Shown here: positions 50,035 through 61,052 of the stretch, one piece after another
How the letters are laid out: every line of letters begins with the position of its first letter
Position numbering within the stretch: position 1 is the stretch's first letter
NCBI GenBank assembly: GCA_008632985.1
Contig: QPGO01000034.1
Coordinates: 573,311-634,362, forward strand
Source: Psammoneis japonica
Lineage: Eukaryota
Direction: 5' to 3'
DNA: 61,052 bases
Position numbers and translations under genes: made by a program
The notes under the pieces: generated by a model
Database searches by the model: none
What the model saw: only the letters and a program-made list of their open reading frames with translations
What the model was told of the DNA's origin: nothing

Positions 50035-51393
50035 TCAAGCACTTCGAAAGCAACGCCCACTTGAGCAAAACGCAGTGGGATTTTGGCGCGCAACTGCGGG
50101 GTCGTTGGACATCTGGATGATGACTCGGATCTGTTGGGGGTGTGGAAATGAAAGTGAGACACCATTGGTTGGAAAGCTCTCGTTCCGCAGATGATGTCAC
50201 TGTCATTTGTTGTGTCACAATTTCAGGCACTTGTAAAGCAACGCCCACTGCTTGAGCAAAATGCAACAGGATTTTGGCGCGCAGCTGCGGGGTCGGTGGG
50301 ACATCTGGATGATGATTCTGATCTGTTGGGGGTGTGGAAATGAAAGTGACATCATTGGAAAGCTCTCATTCCGTCAATGATGTCATTGTCATTTATTGTG
50401 ACATGATGTTGAGCACTTCTAAAGCAACAGTGACTTGAGCAAAACGCAATGGGATTTTGGCACGCAAATGCGGGGTCGGCAGGACATTTGGGTGACAATT
50501 CGGATCTGTTGGGGGTGTGAAAATAAAAGCAACATCATTGGGAAGCTCTCATTCTGTAGATGATGTTATGGTCATTTATTGTGTCATAATTTCAAGTGCT
50601 TTTAAAACAACGCCCACTTGAGTAAAACGCAGTGGGGTTTTGGCGCGCAACTGCGGGGTCGGCAGGACATCTGGATGATGATTCGGATCCATTGGGGGTG
50701 TGGAAATGAAAGTGATGTCATCAGAAAGCTCTCATTCTGTAGATGATGTTATTGTCATTTATTGTGTCATAATTTCAAGTTCTTCTAAAGCAATGCCCAC
50801 TTGAGCAAAACGCAATGGGATTTTGGCGTGCAACTGCGGGGTCGGCAGGACATCTGGGTGATGATTCGGATCTGTTGGGGGTGTGGAAATGAAAGCAACA
50901 TCATTGGAAAGCTCTCATTCCGTCAATGATGTTATTGTCATTTATTGTGTCATGATGTTGAGCACTTTAAAGCAACGCCCACTTGAGCAAAACGCAGTGG
51001 GATTTTGGCGCACAGCTGCAGGGTCGGCAGGACATCTGGATGATGACTGGATCTGTTGGGGGTGTGGAAATAAAAGTGACATCATTGGAAAGCTCTCGTT
51101 CTGTAGATGGTGTTATTGTCATTTATTGTGTCATAATTTAAGTGCTCATAAAGCAACACCCACTTGAGCAAAATGCAACAGGATTTTGGCGCGCAGCTGC
51201 GGGGTCGGCAGGATGTCTAGATGATGATTCGGATCTGTTGGGGGCATGGAAATAAAAGCAACATCATTAGAAAGCTCTCATTCTGTAGATGATGTTATTG
51301 TCATTTATTGTGTCACAATTTCAAGTGCTCATAAAGCAACGCCCACTTGAGCAAAACGTGGGATTTTGGCGCGCAACTGCAGGGTCGGTGGGG

Positions 51394-52500
51394 GGGCGCG
51401 CTGAATTAATCTCACGTGTTGGGCGCAACCTTCGCGGTGAAGGGGGGGGGAATCGTAAAATCACGTTTTATTCTGTAAAACACGTGCTTCGTCGTGTAAA
51501 ACACACATTTTGGCTCATTACCCTATATCTTACTTCCTCCGGTAAGCGATAATTGTCCACGAGGAAACACCATGTTATTCTTTTTGGGCCGTACGACGTA
51601 GTACTGCTTCTACATATTTTTTGGATGTGCGGTCGGAACGCGCACCGTCACAGCGTTCGCACAAATCGGCACAAAACACACCGCAATGACCGAAATACCG
51701 CCGCTGCCGACACGACAACACGTTTCCGCTACCCTGACAGGCATCCAACTTATCAATCAACCCACAAGCGACTATGTATAGTGTTGAAACGATATCGTTT
51801 GGCCTGTTTTTGCGTCTGCATCGTTGATGGAAGATCGTCTTTTTCGTTTGTACGGGGTTTTACGTGCTTTGGCTCGACGGCAATGGTGGAGCGGCTCTAC
51901 AAACGACAAAATCGGATTAAAGGTCCTGTATCATGGCACTTTCGATCTCAGGGGATGATGGATAACCAGTACATGGTGTATTATCGTTGAAATGAGTGGT
52001 TTTGGGCAGTCAGCGGCCGAATTCTTGCCGTCATTGTCGCGAAGCACGGCGTTCCACCACGACGTGAAGATCCATGTCGAAATTGAATCAGGTTATGAGC
52101 GTAATTATAATTATGTAGAAGCAGTGCTACGTCGTACGGCCCAAAAAGAATAACACGGTGTTTCCTCGTGGACAATTATCGCTTACCGGAGGAAGTACGT
52201 AGGATCCTACGTAGCAGGCTTTTTCGAGCATTCGTCGGTCTGTCGTCGGTCATTTTTGATGGCGAACCCAAACCAGAAGGAACCCGGAAGTTAACATTCA
52301 CTGTCAGTGCGCGCGATTTGAATGCGCAAACAGCAAAAACTGCTCGACTCACTCGACTGTCGAAAGCACCATGACGACCCAAGCCGCTGCTTGTTACTAG
52401 GGCGTTTTACAAAACAGGGGTGTTTTACACATTTTGACAATCTGGGGTGAAAGTGGGGTCAGGGGCACCGCCCAATGTGTGAGATTAATTCAGTGCGCCC
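51394..52500. mobile_element. Non-autonomous TIR element (32-bp TIRs, subterminal GTAAAACAC repeats) inserted in the satellite
   Basis: GGGCGCGCTGAATTAATCTCACGTGTTGGGCG / CGCCCAATGTGTGAGATTAATTCAGTGCGCCC. Flanking duplication is TGGG or GGG (ambiguous within the G run). Confidence 0.85.
51533..52195. mobile_element. Tc1/mariner (Stowaway-like) MITE, 663 bp, 84-bp TIRs, TA TSD, nested in the previous element
   Basis: TA|CTTCCTCCGGTAAGCG... (51533-51616) and ...CGCTTACCGGAGGAAG|TA (52112-52195). Two mismatches between the TIRs. Confidence 0.92.
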
Positions 52501-53075
52501 TGGGACATCTGGATGATGATTCGGATCTGTTGGGGGCATGGAAATGAAAGCAACATCATTGGAAAGCTCTCAGTTCTGTAGATGGTGTTGTTGTCATTTA
52601 TTGTGTCATATTTTGAGTGCTTGTAAAGAAACGCCCACATGAGCAAAATGCAATGGGATTTTGGCGCACAACTGCGGGGTGGGCAGGACATCTGGATGAT
52701 GACTCGGATCTGTTTTGGGGGTGTGGAAATGAAAGCAACATCATTAGAAAGCTCTCATTCTGTAGATGATGTCATTGTCATTTATTGTCTCATAATTTCA
52801 AGCACTTCAAAAGCAATGCCCACTTGAACAAAACGCAACAAGATTTTGGCATGCAACTGCTGGAACGTTGTGACATCTTTGTGCCAATTCGGATCTGCTC
52901 TGGAGGGCCACAGACACAAAAGTCACACCATGAGACAGCTCTGGTTCTGTGCATGATGTTTAACAAATTGCAGTCTGTGGCAAGCACATCTGAAACCAGC
53001 TAAAGTGCATCCATCTCTGTGAGGACGTCGCATCTTTCTCGAATTTAGAGCTCAACATTGAGCACAACATGAACC

Positions 53076-53405
53076 AATCATCTCGTTCCTGAATGAAACC
53101 GGGCTCAAAGCATTGCACAAGATGCCCCACTCGTTTCGATCCTGAGGAAAATCGTGTCTTCACAAGGCTCCCATTTTAATCATCTCGTTCCTGAATGAAA
53201 CTGGGCTCAAAGCATTGCACAAGATGCCCCACTCGTTTCGGTCCTGAGGAAAATCGTGTCTTCATTGAAAACCTTCACAATGCCACATGTCAGCTTTACA
53301 AGGCTCCCATTTTGATCATCTCATTCCTGAATGAAACCGGACTTAAAGCATTGCACAAGACACCCCACCAGCAGTTTCCATCCTGAGAAAAATCGTGTCT
53401 TCATG
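53076..53405. repeat. Three irregularly spaced copies of an ~85-bp unit
   Basis: ATCATCTC.TTCCTGAATGAAAC.GG.CT.AAAGCATTGCACAAGA...AAAATCGTGTCTTCA at about 53077, 53179 and 53315. Confidence 0.85.
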
Positions 53406-54139
53406 ATTTCTGCGACTGTTTTCTGTCTGCCCTCGTGGAAGCAAATTCCACAAAAAATGGAAAACATTCTCAAGACAATTCATTTCATTCATTGGTGGAT
53501 GAGAAGGAGACTGCGACTGGTGCAACCCAGTCACCGCAGAAACCAAAGCATTGTGGCTGATGCAAAGCATTCGTTTCATTCATTTGGATGTGGTGTGATC
53601 AATGGGATGAGACTGCGACTGGCGCAACCCAGTCTCTGCAGAATGTGGGACAATCCTGCGACTGGAGCGCAACCCAGTCACTGCAGAATGCAGAAAAGAT
53701 CCTGCGACTCCCCCTGCAGAAGACTCTGTGACTGGTGCAACCCAGTCACCACAGAGGACGAAAGAGATCTGCAGCTCTGTGGCTGGTGCAACCCAGCCTC
53801 CACAGAGGCACTTTTTGTGTGGCTGAGACTGCCAACCTGTGTCATCAGATCACTGGCAAGCCTCCACGCTCCTTTGCACAAAGGTGTGCTCACAAAAAGT
53901 GAGAGCTTTGGGGGAAGCAAAAGTGATGAGTGCCCTGTTCTTCTGTGCTTTTGGCAAAGATTCTGACTGCGAATGCGCGTGCACGAATGACAGCAGACGG
54001 TTTTTTTTTGAACTGCCAGCCAGACGACCTGCAGCATGAGCTGCGCGAATGCAGCGCATGTGCGCAGCAGTGCGTGTGGCTGGATGTGAGGAGCTGCTGC
54101 ATGGCTGATGTGTTTGGCATCTCGTTGCTTGCATCAACT

Positions 54140-54537
54140 GATGCGTTCCAGCTCTGGGTGGGACCTCGTGCTGCTGAACTGTGACACAATCATTTTTTGT
54201 CATCCGTCGCATGTTTCACATGCACATTTCTGTGTGTTCCATTGTAAAAAATTGTTCCACACTGCCTGTTTTGCGAAGCCAAAGGCTTTCTGTTGTCTGC
54301 ATTTGTGACAATAAAAATGTGCTGGGTGTGTTCTTCAATGTCTGAAGAACACACCCGGGCATGCTGCAAAGAATGTGCTTCAAGTGTGGAGGAGGAGACA
54401 TGTTCACAAAATTGCCTCTTTTTCTGTTGGCGATCATTCATGTGTCCATTGCTTGACAATTTTGCTGCAAAGCTGGCATGCAGAATTTTCCATGGGCCCA
54501 ATGTCACAAAAAGTCCCACCTGGGACTGGAGCCCGTC
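54140..54537. mobile_element. MITE family X, old hypermutated copy (4-bp TSD AACT)
   Basis: TIRs GATGCGTTCCAGCTCTGGGTGGGAC / GTCCCACCTGGGACTGGAGCCCGTC, with AACT on both flanks. The ends align with 42084-42477. Confidence 0.9.
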
Positions 54538-55863
54538 AACTTTCTCTTTTGCCATTGCCAATGTCATGACATGCTGCCATGAGACCCAGGCCTTGAACAA
54601 CTTCAAACTGGCATGGTTGGTGCGTTCCGAATGAGCGTGCAGACCATCGTGGCAACAACTGACATGGAGAAATTGTCAAAAACCCGCCGGAGCCGACGAT
54701 GACATTGATGCAGCAGACAAGGTGTCCAAACATTTGTCATTTTTTGGACCATTGCAACAGAAGCTCCATTAGACCCTCATTGACGTGCGGCTGCAATTGT
54801 CCATTCGGAGACGTTCATTTTGGTGAGAAATGTCAAAACACACCGTCTCGCTTTGTCGTGATGCAGTGTTGCTGCAGACGATGCATCAACTCACCATTTG
54901 CCGGATTTTCAGAACCTGATGTGTTAAAGTCCAAGTTTGTAAAAAGGCAAGTGAATGATTTAAAATCAAAATTGTGTTGTCAACATGTCCAAGGCTCACC
55001 ACTTGTTGTCTCACTCAACTTTCTTGCTGCCGCAGCCAGCTCTTTTGTTGTCTTTCCCAGCGTGAGCACATGAACGAATCATCCAACATCGTCGTCATGT
55101 CATCTGTCCCATTTGAGCAACGGCATTGAACAGACAAACATTTGTGAGACTTTGACAAAGCAACTGCAATGCATTCAGCCAAGCATTCTTGAATGGGGGA
55201 GAGTCGGGCGGACGGCAGTGAAAATTGAAAATGCAGAATGAAGTTGGCACACGGTCAAAGAAAAAAGCAGTCAAACAACGTTGACAATGTTGCTCTGATG
55301 CTGACATTCTATAGAATGACAAATGGCAGTGAATGGAGCTCCTCCCTGGCTCGCACCCACTTTAGATTCATCGCAAAGTTGCAAATGTCACATCTCAAAA
55401 TGGAAAAGTGTGACTTGAAATGAGCACTCATGGGTTGCTCTGCCAACCCACAGCATGAAAGAGGTCAAACACAGTTGTCAGGAGGCCAGCCATGGATTGG
55501 AGAATGGAATGTGGACATGAAATGGGTCTTGTGTTGATGTCATCATCTAATCTTGGAGTCGAGTCGAGAAAGGAGAAAGTCTCAACATTGCACAGTGAGT
55601 CACGTGTCTTGAATCCCGCGTGACCCACTCGACTCAAAGTTTTTGGAAGAGTTGGCTAGACCACTTTGACCCCCACTCTAGAGTCACAAAATGCACAAGA
55701 CATGAGCATTGTTGGTGTCACACTCTTTAAACCGATGTCTTTTGAGAGTGCAACAAGTGTGCATTGTTCATGGTGTCAGGCATTTGAAAATGGAAACTGA
55801 CTTTTCGCGGAGCACCTTTGTTGCGAGGGCAAGTGCGAGAGTCAATTTTCAGTGATTGGTTGG

Positions 55864-56441
55864 TCCAGCTAGAGCAACTGATGTTCACCCCCATTCTCCA
55901 GGCCCTGAAAAGTGTGCCAAACCTCGTGTGTGCACACGGGGGGTCATTTTTTACATGTGGCATCATGGAGCTGGGGCGGAAAGCTGCACCACGTGTTGTC
56001 CATCTGTGTCTCCCCCCTGCCATGACCCCAAACGGACCGGAGACACACAGCCAGGTAAGACGAAGTCAGGGTTTTGGGCTGACCACTTTCAAAATGACCA
56101 AATTTGCAAGGGGTCTTTGTGTGCAAAACAGCATCCAATGACTTTCTAGAGCAACTGATGTTCCAGCTAGAGCAACTGATGTTCCCCATTCTCCAGGCCC
56201 TGAAAAGTGTGCCAAACCTCGTGTGTGCACACGGGGGGTCATTTTTTACATGTGGCATCACGGAGCTGGGGCGGAAAGCTGCGCCACGTGTTGTCCATCT
56301 GTGTCTCCCCCCTGCCATGACCCCAAACGGACCGGAGACACACAGCCAGGTAAGACGAAGTCAGGGTTTTGGGCTGACCACTTTCAAAATGACCAAATTT
56401 GCAAGGGGTCTTTGTGTGCAAAACAGCATCCAATGACTTTC
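55864..56441. repeat. Recent tandem duplication, period about 295 bp
   Basis: 55864-56146 versus 56162-56441: one small indel and two substitutions. Confidence 0.95.
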
Positions 56442-56849
56442 GCACACTTCGGAACATCACAAAAGTTGCTCTGTCAACAAGTGCAAAAAATTCCGAATTT
56501 TTTGTTGCCTCAGTCATTTTCTGGTTGGGGTGCCATCAACTCCTGGCCAATCGATTGGCCATTTCTTGTCTTTTGTTTGTCAACCCAAATCTGTTTTAAT
56601 GTGATGCACTGCTGTTTTCATCATGATGATGCACATTTGGATTTTGTGCTTTTTGTGTGCACACCCACTTTCAAACTGGGGATCGTGCGCAAACAATTCA
56701 ACCCTCTTGTTTCTGCACCTGACAAGGACAATTGCATGATGCAAGCCTGGCAGCTTTCAAACCAGGGTTCATGCGCAAACAATTCAACCCTCTTGTTTCT
56801 GCACCTGACAAGGACAATTGCACGATGCAAGCCTGGCAGCTAGATTTTT

Positions 56850-58060
56850 GCCATCTTGTCAAAAATCATTTTCTGATGACTGCAATCTTTGGTTGTGATG
56901 CCTTGCACAGTCACTCACAGCAGGAGCCTGAGAGCCTTCTTGGACCCCTCTCTTTTTTTTTTGTTGTGTGTGCTCCTGAAGTGACCAAGACGAAACTCAC
57001 TCAGCGCCAATGCCGCGCCCTCAATTTCCTGCCTTCAAGCTTCTTCCTGAGACAAAGCCCCTTTCTTGTTGTCACTCTGGTCAAAGTTGTTGAGAAAACC
57101 AGGCTTGCAGTTGTCTCCCCTTCCTCCTGGAGCTTGTGGTGCACAGTCATTGCATTGTTGCACAAAACTGGGAACTGAGTCATCTGCACCCTCTGACTGA
57201 TTCTTGGAATTCTCTTGTGAATGAAACTCATCACAGCAACAGGAAAGTTGACAATGCATGACTGAATGTGATGCAAGCTTTTCCTTGCAATGAGATGCCT
57301 GAAGACAATGGACACTCAACTTGTGAGACACAGGCTGACCTCCCCCATCAGCGGCCATCAACCCGGACCTCATCAACTCTGAACCATCAAAAAGACATCT
57401 TCTGACAGCCCTGATCCCTCAAAAAAGCCAACAGTGTTGCTGGCCTGCCTCATCTCCACATTCTCATTGAGGCTCATTGTCAGAGAGGGTCATGACCATG
57501 GGAAAGCTTGAGAAGTGGGTCCACATTGAACATGATGCCTGTTGATTGATCCCCGGCTTGCTTGATGTGAGCATCTGGACAGGCTGCAAACAAAATGTGG
57601 TTGGACATCTGATCTTGAAAATCCACATGCTTGCACATGCTGATGCTCTGCTTTTTTCCATTTGAGGTTGCTTGCTCAGAGCAGGACAACAACGAAGGCC
57701 AAGGCCAGCTGGTGGCTGTCGTGGGGGTCAGAAGAGGTGGCTTTGCAAGAGATTTTGAGTGTTTTCTTTCTGTGGCGCCTTCTTGAAAATGCTGCCATTG
57801 ACAGCATTCCTGCCCAGATTGGCAGCGGCAACAGAGCAGGTTGCACTTCTTGGGTTCGCTTTCCAGCAGTGTCACCAGGCCATGACGAAACCGCGTGCTC
57901 TCTCATTGGTTTCTTTCACACACCATCTGCTGTCAACTCTCGAATTGTTCAAAAGCATGAAAGAATCTCACCCCACACTGGATCATCTTTAAATTGGTGG
58001 ATTCTTCCTCTGAGTTTGATGAAACAGTTCACCCATTCTTGATGCCAGCCAATGCATGTT
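56850..58060 (-). mobile_element. Second Helitron-like Pif1 helicase, C-terminal half, decayed
   Basis: QEWVNCFIKL..HQFKDDPVWG near 58040-57970; QFPVLCNNAMTVHHKLQ and LTRVTTRKGLCLRKKL near 57180-57030. Confidence 0.75.
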
Positions 58061-58664
58061 CATGAAGACAATGAGACACAGCCGTTCAGCGAAGCGTCCA
58101 ATTGTTGATTGCGAGCTCTCGCGTCGAAAACAACCTCGAATTGGTTCCTCCTTTGTGGCAGGAACTCTGGACACGAAGTGAGGAGGTGTGGAACCCGGGC
58201 TGGTTTGGATTGCCATGCGCGCGAGCATCAAATTTTAGATCTTTGATCTTTGCTTGCCACCAATCATTTTTTAAAAAATTCGCACGCTTGAATGATGGGT
58301 TCGCAATTAATTAATGTGCGACGTAATTCTACATCAATGTTTTAACATTGTGTCAAAAAATGGCGATTTAATTTTTGCACTCGTGTGTGGACACATCATA
58401 AGAAGAGACGTGGGTTTCCCCTTTTTGACAATTCTGGTGTGATCGTTCTATGGCAGATGACAAGAGAACTGTCCTGACGTTGTGTGTCACTGGTTGCTGA
58501 GTGTGTCCATCATTGCAACAATGTGCCAACACCGATTTGTTAGATTAGACCCTTTGTTTTCTGTCGGTTGTTGCCGGGCACGCCTGCAAGCCCGACACAA
58601 AGCCTGGAACATTTTCCAAAATGCAGAAATGATTCCCATGTGCAGTGTCAAAATGTTCCATTTG

Positions 58665-61052
58665 TCAATTGGACTGCAAAATGTCATCACACTGTTCGTT
58701 GGTGAAGTGTGCGACACTTCTTCCTTCCATCAACCGGAGCAGGGCGTTGCACCCATCCGGCAGTCTGTGTGGACTTAAATCTCTCTTCAGCGGTTGCCGA
58801 AGATGCAGACCATTTCTGGTCTTGACCCTGGAGAGCATGACATGTGCCCAGTTTTGTGTGTGGCTCCAGCTGTGTGCAAACACATTGTTGACACCGCTTC
58901 CTTGAAGCTTGTGTCCTGCAGTCGCATTGTTTGTTGTGAATGGCAACTGGGTTGCTTTCAGTCCAAGCATGTGTTTCTCTTTTTCCTCAGCTGTCATCCA
59001 TTGGGTTGGGTCCTTTAAACAGGCTTTGAAAGTGGGGGACTTAGGCTTGAGCGAAAAGGTGGGTGGATCGATGCTTTTGTTGCCATGCTTGAGCTCTACA
59101 TGATCCACCTGGGATGCTGTGACACCTCGAATGGATGTTCCACAGTCCAAGACCACTTGCGATGAATGTTCTCCTGGTTTCAGCACGACTTTTGCTGTGG
59201 TTGCTTGTGTTCCGTTGCAATGCCATTTGCCACATTTTCATTGTGCGGGATCATAACTCTACATCCCTTGCATGTTCGTAACACTGGATCAAGCCTGCCA
59301 GATTGCATTTCCACATCGCTCTCTCCACAGTTTTTCCAGAATGTTTTGTGCACCGGGAAAGGCCTGCACTGTCTTGCTCCATCACGCACTTGCAAGTCGT
59401 CACTGAAAATGGCTAGAGAGTCCAAGACTTCTCCATCTCTTTGGTGCAGTCTCTTGGTCCTTTCCTCAAACAAGGCTGTGTTGATGGAGTCTCTTTCTTT
59501 GTTTCTGCACGATGCACATTTGATGTTCTCTGGCAGTTGTTGACCCTTTCTTGCTGCTCTTTCATTGATTTTGTTGACATCTTCGAGAGTCGCTTCGCCA
59601 TCTCTAAATCATTTTAGCAAACTGCCCCATTCTGGATCCTCACTGAATCTGTGCATCCCATGCAACTGGATGTGGCAGTTCACCCATTCCTGGAATTCGG
59701 CACAGGTCTCCTTGTGCAGAGGGTGCATTCCGTGTCCAACTGGCTCGAGTTGTCTCAGGTCCCCTGCAAACACTGCACTTGCACCCCCATGAGGCCTGTC
59801 TAAATTGGATTTCACGATGGATAGATTAGCATGTAATTTTTCTAAATCTCTTCTGCAAGCAAATGACATTTCGTCGACAATCAGCAGACGAGTGTCACTC
59901 CAGCTTTCCATTTGTGTTTCTGTTGTTTCTTTTTTCCTGTTTAGACAGGCAACTCTGTGAATGGTGTCTCCTTTCAGAATTGTCGCTGCAACTCCGGTCA
60001 TGGCAGTGACGGCAATTGTTTGTGCAGTGAATGGTCGTTCAATTAAAGAGCAACATTCTCTTGTGCACAAAACAACAAGATCGACAACAGTGGATTTGCC
60101 ACTTCCTCCTGCTCCATGCAAGAAACAAATTAACTGTGTGCCTCTTTGTTCTCGCACTTCAACTAACTCAGCTAATCTCCTGTGTTCTTTGTCAAACTCG
60201 TGTCTAATTCCTCCTCTTACATTGCCACTTGCTTGTTCTCCCAGAGCGTCTTTGCAGCACGTCAAAATGAAAGTTCCTGCCATGACTTCAAAAGCACGAC
60301 TTTGATGTGGGTCTAGCTTGGCTTTTTTTGACCAATCAACTAAGCTTTTAGCTGAGCCGTTAGCTTCAAGGACATCAACGGCTTCTTCCGAATTAGTTGT
60401 GTCTTGGAAAGATCGTTGAATGCATCCAGTCTTGGTCAGCAATGCTCGAACTGTGTCTCGTTTCCTAATTTGAGGCACAGGTTCTTCATCTGCTTGCATG
60501 CTGTTTTCATTGTCTTCTTCATTAACCTCAATTTCTGGTGGCTCCATTGTTTCTACGACAGGGACCGAATTGATGACAGTGTTTTGATCTGAAGAAGTCA
60601 TGCACATGCATGCCAAGTGCTGACATCCTGCAAGGTGACTTCCCTTCTGTCTGGTTTGTTTGCCACTTAAATTCGTGGGTGCGGCTGCTTCATCATTCGC
60701 TTCTGTCCTGTCTTCGTGTTCATGGTTCACCAATTCATCTAGAAGAGCATCAAGCATTTGTCCTTGCAAAGCCGTTCCGATGTCGTCTTCGGCGTCGCTT
60801 TTGCACCTTGTGCTAAATTCATTGTCGTCCGATGCATGCTCACGGGCAGTGCGTTTAAGAAAATCTGATGTGCTTTTTAATCGCAGACAATTAGATTTTG
60901 CATCTTGCAGATTTTGCAAGAATTTCAGATTTTCTTCAGTGACGATTTCTCTCTCCACCGCTTGACGGAATGATTGTAAGCAGGTTTGATCGAACAGTCG
61001 TGTGTCTGAGGCAGTCCGACATGATGTGAACAAAGCAAGAGCTGGCTTGCAA
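58665..61052 (-). mobile_element. Helitron-like Pif1-family helicase region (runs off the window end)
   Basis: FLHGAGGSGKSTVV (Walker A), TAMTGVAATILKGDTIH, LLIVDEMSF (Walker B), VFAGDLRQLEPV, HRFSEDPEWG, NNATAGHKLQG, NWAHVMLSRV. Stops and frameshifts after 59609. The Rep domain is not visible in the window. Confidence 0.85.

Larger units (their letters stand above)
48670..52900 (+). repeat. 183-bp tandem satellite, about 14 units, interrupted by MITEs
   Basis: Anchor TTGAG at 48844, 49027, 49209, 49392 | 50061, 50252, 50435, 50618, 50801, 50983, 51164, 51347 (modal spacing 183). The array resumes at 52501. Confidence 0.95.

Noticed and set aside
51553..52382. ORFs inside the TA-rich island as genes
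   Set aside because: They start within MITE terminal inverted repeats (mirror-image MSTRKH starts) and show no protein motifs.
48670..53810. CRISPR array (183-bp units or the hairpin repeats)
   Set aside because: Eukaryotic context, no cas genes, satellite units repeat along their whole length, and the hairpin repeats have irregular spacing.
9241..61052. Fungal-type RIP, or an alternative genetic code, as the explanation for the Cys/His excess
   Set aside because: RIP creates TpA rather than removing it. Host genes in the same window use Tyr and stop codons normally.

Overview
Eukaryotic nuclear DNA, probably from a diatom or related stramenopile (inferred from short GT-AG introns and the transposon families present). 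A small intact gene island at about 1.7-9.3 kb holds a bacterial-type RNase HII, a six-exon glutamate synthase large subunit and a 5'-damaged SGNH hydrolase. To its left is a Penelope-like RT remnant with a type I hammerhead ribozyme. To its right is a ~52 kb nested block of decayed transposons: Copia fragments, a PIF/Harbinger transposase, a complete Ngaro-type YR retrotransposon, an APE-RT-RNaseH LINE, a TRIM, a full Gypsy element, Helitron Pif1 helicases, a 183-bp satellite and several MITEs. One intact spliced orphan gene lies inside this block. The main signal is a repeat-restricted mutational process: besides CpG decay, TpA has been almost erased by TA->TG/CA transitions, the opposite direction to fungal RIP. 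The evidence is kb-long TA-free tracts, Tyr->Cys/His in conserved motifs of every TE class, and reciprocal TG/CA differences between paired LTRs, TIRs and TSDs. Host genes and young MITEs are spared. Most short ORFs in the supplied track after 9.3 kb are by-products of the loss of TAA/TAG stops.
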